Sequence record: MT682709.1 | Strand: one strand, 5' to 3' | Source: Escherichia phage vB_EcoM_SP1 | Length of the DNA stretch: 64,000 nucleotides | Shown: piece after piece, positions 59,904 to 64,000 of the stretch | Layout of the letters: every line of letters starts with the position of its first letter | How positions within the stretch are numbered: position 1 is the stretch's first letter | Position numbers and translations under genes: made by a program | The notes under the pieces: generated by a model | What the model was told of the DNA's origin: nothing | Database searches by the model: none | Seen by the model: only the letters and a program-made list of their open reading frames with translations

Positions 59904-61322
59904 ATGGCTTTTACAGTTGATATAACTCCTAAAACACCAACAGGGGTTATTGATGAAACCAAGCAGTTTACTGCTACACCCAGTGGTGAAACTGGAGGTG
60001 GAACTATTACCTATGCTTGGAGTGTAGATAATGTTCCACAGGATGGAGCTGAAGCAACCTTTAATTATGTATTAAAAGGACCTGCTGGTCAAAAGACTAT
60101 TAAAGTGGTTGCAACAAATACAGTTCCAGAAGCTGAAGCTGAAACAGCTGAAATTAGTACAACTATCACAGTTCAAAATAAGACACAGACAACTACCTTA
60201 ACTGTAACTCCTAATAGTCCTCCAGAAGGAGTAATCGGAACAGCCGTTGAATTTACTGCTGCCTTAGCTTCACAGCCATCGGGCGCATCTGCTACGTATC
60301 AATGGTACGTTGACGGTTCTCCTGTGAGCGAAGCAACTTCTGCTACATTCAATTATACTCCTACTACAAGCGGAGTTAAAAAAATTAAGTGTGTAGCTCA
60401 AGTAACTGCGACAGATTATGATGCACTGAGCGTTACTTCTAATGAAGTATCATTGACGGTTAATAAAAAGACGCAGACAACTACCTTAACTGTAACTCCT
60501 GATAGTCCTGCTGCTGGAGTAATTGGAACCCCGGTTCAATTTACTGCTGCCTTAGCTTCTCAACCTGATGGAGCGTCTGCCACGTATCAGTGGTATGTAG
60601 ATGATTCACAAGTTGGTGGAGAAACTAACTCTACATTTAACTATACTCCAACTACAAGTGGAGTAAAAAGAATTAAATGCGTAGCCCAAGTAACTGCAGA
60701 AAATTATAATGAAAAGGAAGTTACTTCCAATGAAGTATCATTGACAGTTAATAAGAAGACAATGAATCCACAGATTGCATTGACTCCTCCTTCTATTAAT
60801 GTTCAGCAGGATGCTTCGGCTACATTTACTGCTAATGTTACTGGCGCACCTGAAGCAGCACAAATTACTTACTCATGGAAGAAAGATTCTTCTCCGGTGG
60901 AAGGGTCAACTAACGTATATACTGTTGATACCTCATCTATTGGAAGTCAAACTATTGAAGTTACTGCTGTCGTTGCAGCAACTGACTATGATAGTAAAAC
61001 AGTTAAAGCCACAGGTCAAGTTCAAGTGACTGATAAAGTTGCTCCGGAACCAGAAGGTGAATTACCTTATGTTCATCCTCTTCCACATCGTAGCTCAGCT
61101 TATATCTGGTGCGGTTGGTGGGTTATGGATGAAATCCAAAAAATGACTGAAGAAGGTAAAGATTGGAAAACTGAAGATCCAGATAGTAAGTACTACTTGC
61201 ATCGTTACACTCTTCAGAAGATGATGAAAGACTATCCAGAAGTTGATGTTCAAGAATCGCGTAATGGATACATCATTCATAAAACTGCTTTAGAAACTGG
61301 TATCATCTATACCTATCCATAA
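59904..61322 (+). CDS. hoc: highly immunogenic outer capsid protein Hoc with four Ig-like domains
   Basis: 472 aa; N-terminus and C-terminal capsid-binding region match T4 Hoc as recalled; two diverged ~96-aa tandem Ig-like repeats. Confidence 0.8.
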   Translation: MAFTVDITPKTPTGVIDETKQFTATPSGETGGGTITYAWSVDNVPQDGAEATFNYVLKGPAGQKTIKVVATNTVPEAEAETAEISTTITVQNKTQTTTLTVTPNSPPEGVIGTAVEFTAALASQPSGASATYQWYVDGSPVSEATSATFNYTPTTSGVKKIKCVAQVTATDYDALSVTSNEVSLTVNKKTQTTTLTVTPDSPAAGVIGTPVQFTAALASQPDGASATYQWYVDDSQVGGETNSTFNYTPTTSGVKRIKCVAQVTAENYNEKEVTSNEVSLTVNKKTMNPQIALTPPSINVQQDASATFTANVTGAPEAAQITYSWKKDSSPVEGSTNVYTVDTSSIGSQTIEVTAVVAATDYDSKTVKATGQVQVTDKVAPEPEGELPYVHPLPHRSSAYIWCGWWVMDEIQKMTEEGKDWKTEDPDSKYYLHRYTLQKMMKDYPEVDVQESRNGYIIHKTALETGIIYTYP

Positions 61323-61327
61323 TCTCA

Positions 61328-61343
61328 GGGGCTTCGGCCCCTT
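61328..61343 (+). terminator. GGGGCTTCGGCCCC hairpin after hoc
   Basis: GC stem with TTCG loop followed by TTTCTTCATTTT. Confidence 0.5.
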
Positions 61344-61410
61344 TCTTCATTTTGAAAGCACACAAAACACAATCAGAAAACGATGTATATAATGGCACCA
61401 ACTCGATAAC

Positions 61411-61626
61411 ATGAGATTGATTATGAGAACTGAGGTTGTGGTGTTTACACTCCATGAGTCTGGAAAGTCATTCATTGAAATTGCTCGTGAATTGAACTTA
61501 CAGGCAAAGGAAGTGGCTGTATTATGGGCTCGAGCTATGACTGCTAAGAATAAATTTGAGACTCGAGAAAAAGTTGTCTATAGAAAAAGACATATTAATA
61601 AAAAGGTGAAAAATGGAACAGTATGA
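61411..61626 (+). CDS. hypothetical basic protein, 71 aa
   Basis: ORF between hoc and rnlB. Confidence 0.45.
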   Translation: MRLIMRTEVVVFTLHESGKSFIEIARELNLQAKEVAVLWARAMTAKNKFETREKVVYRKRHINKKVKNGTV

Positions 61627-61891
61627 TCTTTATGAAAATGAATCTTTTGCTAATCAATTACGCGAAAAAGCACTTAAAAGCAAACAGTTCAAGCTAGAGT
61701 GTTTTATTAAAGATTTTTCGGAACTTGCTAATAAAGCAGCTGAACAAGGTAAAACATATTTTAGTTATTATTGTACTGCTCGTGATAAATTGATTACTGA
61801 AGAAATTGGTGATTGGCTGAGAAAAGAAGGATTTAGCTTTAAAGTCAATAGTGATCAACGTGATGGTGATTGGTTAGAAATTACATTTTGA
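61613..61891 (+). CDS. hypothetical protein, 92 aa
   Basis: ORF with RBS AAGGUGAAAAAU. Confidence 0.5.
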   Translation: MEQYDLYENESFANQLREKALKSKQFKLECFIKDFSELANKAAEQGKTYFSYYCTARDKLITEEIGDWLRKEGFSFKVNSDQRDGDWLEITF

Positions 61892-61900
61892 GGATTAATT

Positions 61901-62905
61901 ATGTTTAAAAAGTATAGCAGTCTTGAAAATCATTACAATTCTAAATTCATTGAAAAACTTTACAGTTTAGGATTGACTGGCGGCGAATGGGTAGCTCGTG
62001 AAAAGATTCACGGTACAAACTTTTCATTGATTATTGAGCGTGATAAAGCAACTTGTGCTAAACGTACTGGACCGATTCTTCCTGCTGAAGATTTCTTTGG
62101 GTATGAAATTATTCTAAAGAATTATGCTGATTCCATTAAAGCAGTACAAGATATTATGGAAACTTCAGCAGTTGTATCTTATCAAGTCTTTGGCGAATTC
62201 GCTGGACCTGGCATTCAGAAGAATGTTGATTATGGTGATAAAGATTTTTATGTATTTGACATTATTGTTACTACTGAAAGTGGTGATGTGACTTATGTCG
62301 ATGATTATATGATGGAATCATTCTGTAATACATTTAAATTTAAAATGGCTCCACTTTTAGGTCGCGGTAAATTTGAAGAGCTTATTAAATTGCCAAACGA
62401 TTTAGATTCTGTCGTTCAAGATTATAATTTTACAGTAGACCATGCTGGATTAGTTGATGCAAATAAATGCGTTTGGAATGCCGAAGCAAAAGGCGAAGTA
62501 TTTACCGCTGAAGGATATGTATTGAAACCTTGTTATCCTTCTTGGATGCCTAATGGCAATCGCGTAGCGATTAAATGCAAGAACTCTAAATTTAGTGAAA
62601 AGAAAAAGTCTGATAAGCCTATTAAAGCTAAAGTTGAACTGTCAGAAGCTGATAATAAATTGCTGGGAATTTTAGCTTGCTATGTTACACTGAACCGAGT
62701 AAATAACGTTATTTCTAAAATTGGCGAAATTGGTCCAAAAGATTTTGGAAAGGTGATGGGACTAACTGTTCAAGATATTTTGGAAGAAACTTCTCGTGAA
62801 GGTATTACTCTAACTCAAGCGGATAATCCTTCTTTGATTAAAAAGGAATTAGTTAAAATGGTACAAGATGTACTTCGTCCGGCTTGGATTGAATTGGTAA
62901 GTTAA
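61901..62905 (+). CDS. rnlB: RNA ligase 2
   Basis: 334 aa as T4 Rnl2; motif I EKIHGTN. Confidence 0.9.
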   Translation: MFKKYSSLENHYNSKFIEKLYSLGLTGGEWVAREKIHGTNFSLIIERDKATCAKRTGPILPAEDFFGYEIILKNYADSIKAVQDIMETSAVVSYQVFGEFAGPGIQKNVDYGDKDFYVFDIIVTTESGDVTYVDDYMMESFCNTFKFKMAPLLGRGKFEELIKLPNDLDSVVQDYNFTVDHAGLVDANKCVWNAEAKGEVFTAEGYVLKPCYPSWMPNGNRVAIKCKNSKFSEKKKSDKPIKAKVELSEADNKLLGILACYVTLNRVNNVISKIGEIGPKDFGKVMGLTVQDILEETSREGITLTQADNPSLIKKELVKMVQDVLRPAWIELVS

Positions 62906-62912
62906 ATAAAAA

Positions 62913-62931
62913 GGGACCGAAAGGTCCCTTT
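62913..62931. terminator. bidirectional terminator between rnlB and gene 24
   Basis: GGGACC-GAAA-GGTCCC hairpin flanked by A- and T-tracts. Confidence 0.6.
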
Positions 62932-62934
62932 GTT

Positions 62935-64000
62935 TTATTCATCAACGATAATTTTTGGTAGCTTAACACCTAATAAAACAGACAAATCTGAACGACCCGC
63001 CATTTTATCCATGTCTCCACCATCAATTATTCTTGCTTCTTTTTCATCTTTTGCTACAGTGTAAGGATTTGCAGATAAAGCATATCTAACCAATAAACCG
63101 ATAGATGGCTGCAAACTTTCTGGATCAACTACAACTTTAAATGCACCTACATGTTCAGGGTCATCTAAGTCAAGACCTTCTGTATACGGAGCATAGAAAA
63201 TTGATCCAACAATTTCTTTTTCGCCAATATTTTCTACCACACCGACGATTACATAATCTAATGGGCTGTTAGTATCGCAATAAAGCGGTAAACCATTAGC
63301 TAAGAACCCGTAGGCATTTTGTGAAAGATATTTGTCATCTTCTGGTTTATGTTTTAACCAACCTGATGCAGCAAGAATCGCAGCGGCACGAGCTGAAGCA
63401 ACGCAGAACGTTGCTGTATAAGTTGATTCTTTTTGGATATGTGAAACCATTTCACATACCATTCGGTATAATGAACGACCAGCTTCAGGTGCAGATGCAT
63501 AACTCAAATCAATGAATCCAGTATCAGTAATTCCTGTAACTTTATAGCGTTTTGACACTGTAATCAAAGACTGTAGAATATCTTTATTGATTTCATCCGC
63601 CATTTCAGTTGCAAGCAAATCTTCCAAGAAATTAGGAGCATCGAATCCATTTGCTTCTAAATCTTGTGCCAATTCAACTGTGATGCCAGTTTTAAGTTTA
63701 CGAGATTTAACTGCGGTTTGCCATTTATTAATCTGGAATCTAGCATCCGCAATTTCGCTATCAGAGCTTTCAAATTTGCTCGTTGACGCTGCGTCAGAAA
63801 ATAGACGAACCTTTAAAAGAACAATTGCAATCTGAAGAGCTAATTCTAAATCGCTTTCTTCAATGGTAGCAAATGGTGTATCTTCTAATACTTTATAAAC
63901 GATATTATTATATTTGAATAAATCGCCTTTATTGAGAGTTAATTTAGACTCTTCTGTTAATTCTGTGATTTGTTCTCGGTCTACATACCCAGCTTCGCCA
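62935..64000 (-). CDS. 24: capsid vertex protein gp24, partial (N-terminus beyond window end)
   Basis: reverse frame open to position 64000; translation ...ADARFQINKWQTAVKSRKLKTGITVELAQDLEANGF... matches T4 gp24 as recalled. Confidence 0.85.
   Translation of the reverse strand, partial: GEAGYVDREQITELTEESKLTLNKGDLFKYNNIVYKVLEDTPFATIEESDLELALQIAIVLLKVRLFSDAASTSKFESSDSEIADARFQINKWQTAVKSRKLKTGITVELAQDLEANGFDAPNFLEDLLATEMADEINKDILQSLITVSKRYKVTGITDTGFIDLSYASAPEAGRSLYRMVCEMVSHIQKESTYTATFCVASARAAAILAASGWLKHKPEDDKYLSQNAYGFLANGLPLYCDTNSPLDYVIVGVVENIGEKEIVGSIFYAPYTEGLDLDDPEHVGAFKVVVDPESLQPSIGLLVRYALSANPYTVAKDEKEARIIDGGDMDKMAGRSDLSVLLGVKLPKIIVDE

Noticed and set aside
60799-61029. Plus-strand 76-aa ORF in an alternative frame of hoc
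   Set aside because: Leu-rich alternative-frame artefact within the Hoc coding sequence.

Overview
This window reads as one contiguous stretch of a T-even (T4-like, Tevenvirinae) coliphage genome, in reverse orientation to the conventional T4 map. Gene order is rIIA.1(end)-rIIA-rIIB-denB-small membrane ORFs-ndd-stp-ac-52-motA-arn-asiA, then on the minus strand t-38-37-36-35-34, then rnh-dsbA-33-59-32-frd-td-nrdA-HNH endonuclease-nrdB-denA-rnlA-alc-spanins-pseT-cd-31-rIII-30.x-30-alt, then minus-strand baseplate genes 54-48-29-28-27-51, then 26-25-uvsY, minus-strand uvsW, then inh-like, hoc, rnlB and a partial gene 24. All assignments rest on recalled protein sequences, lengths and synteny; no database search was run. 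Relative to T4 as I recall it, td and nrdB are intronless, no segE lies next to uvsW, gp38 is the T2-type glycine-rich adhesin, gp37 carries a C-terminal self-cleaving chaperone domain, and Hoc has an extra Ig-like domain. I found no CRISPR array, tRNA, integrase or transposon. No single obviously new multi-gene system stands out. The best candidates for something undescribed are a 420-bp ORF-bearing insertion at the normally overlapping frd/td junction, a roughly 400-nt GC-enriched non-coding island downstream of rIII, a perfect 54-bp promoter-cassette repeat 14 kb apart that truncates an alt paralog, and a NADAR-like protein in the gene 30.x cluster. Promoter and terminator coordinates are approximate.
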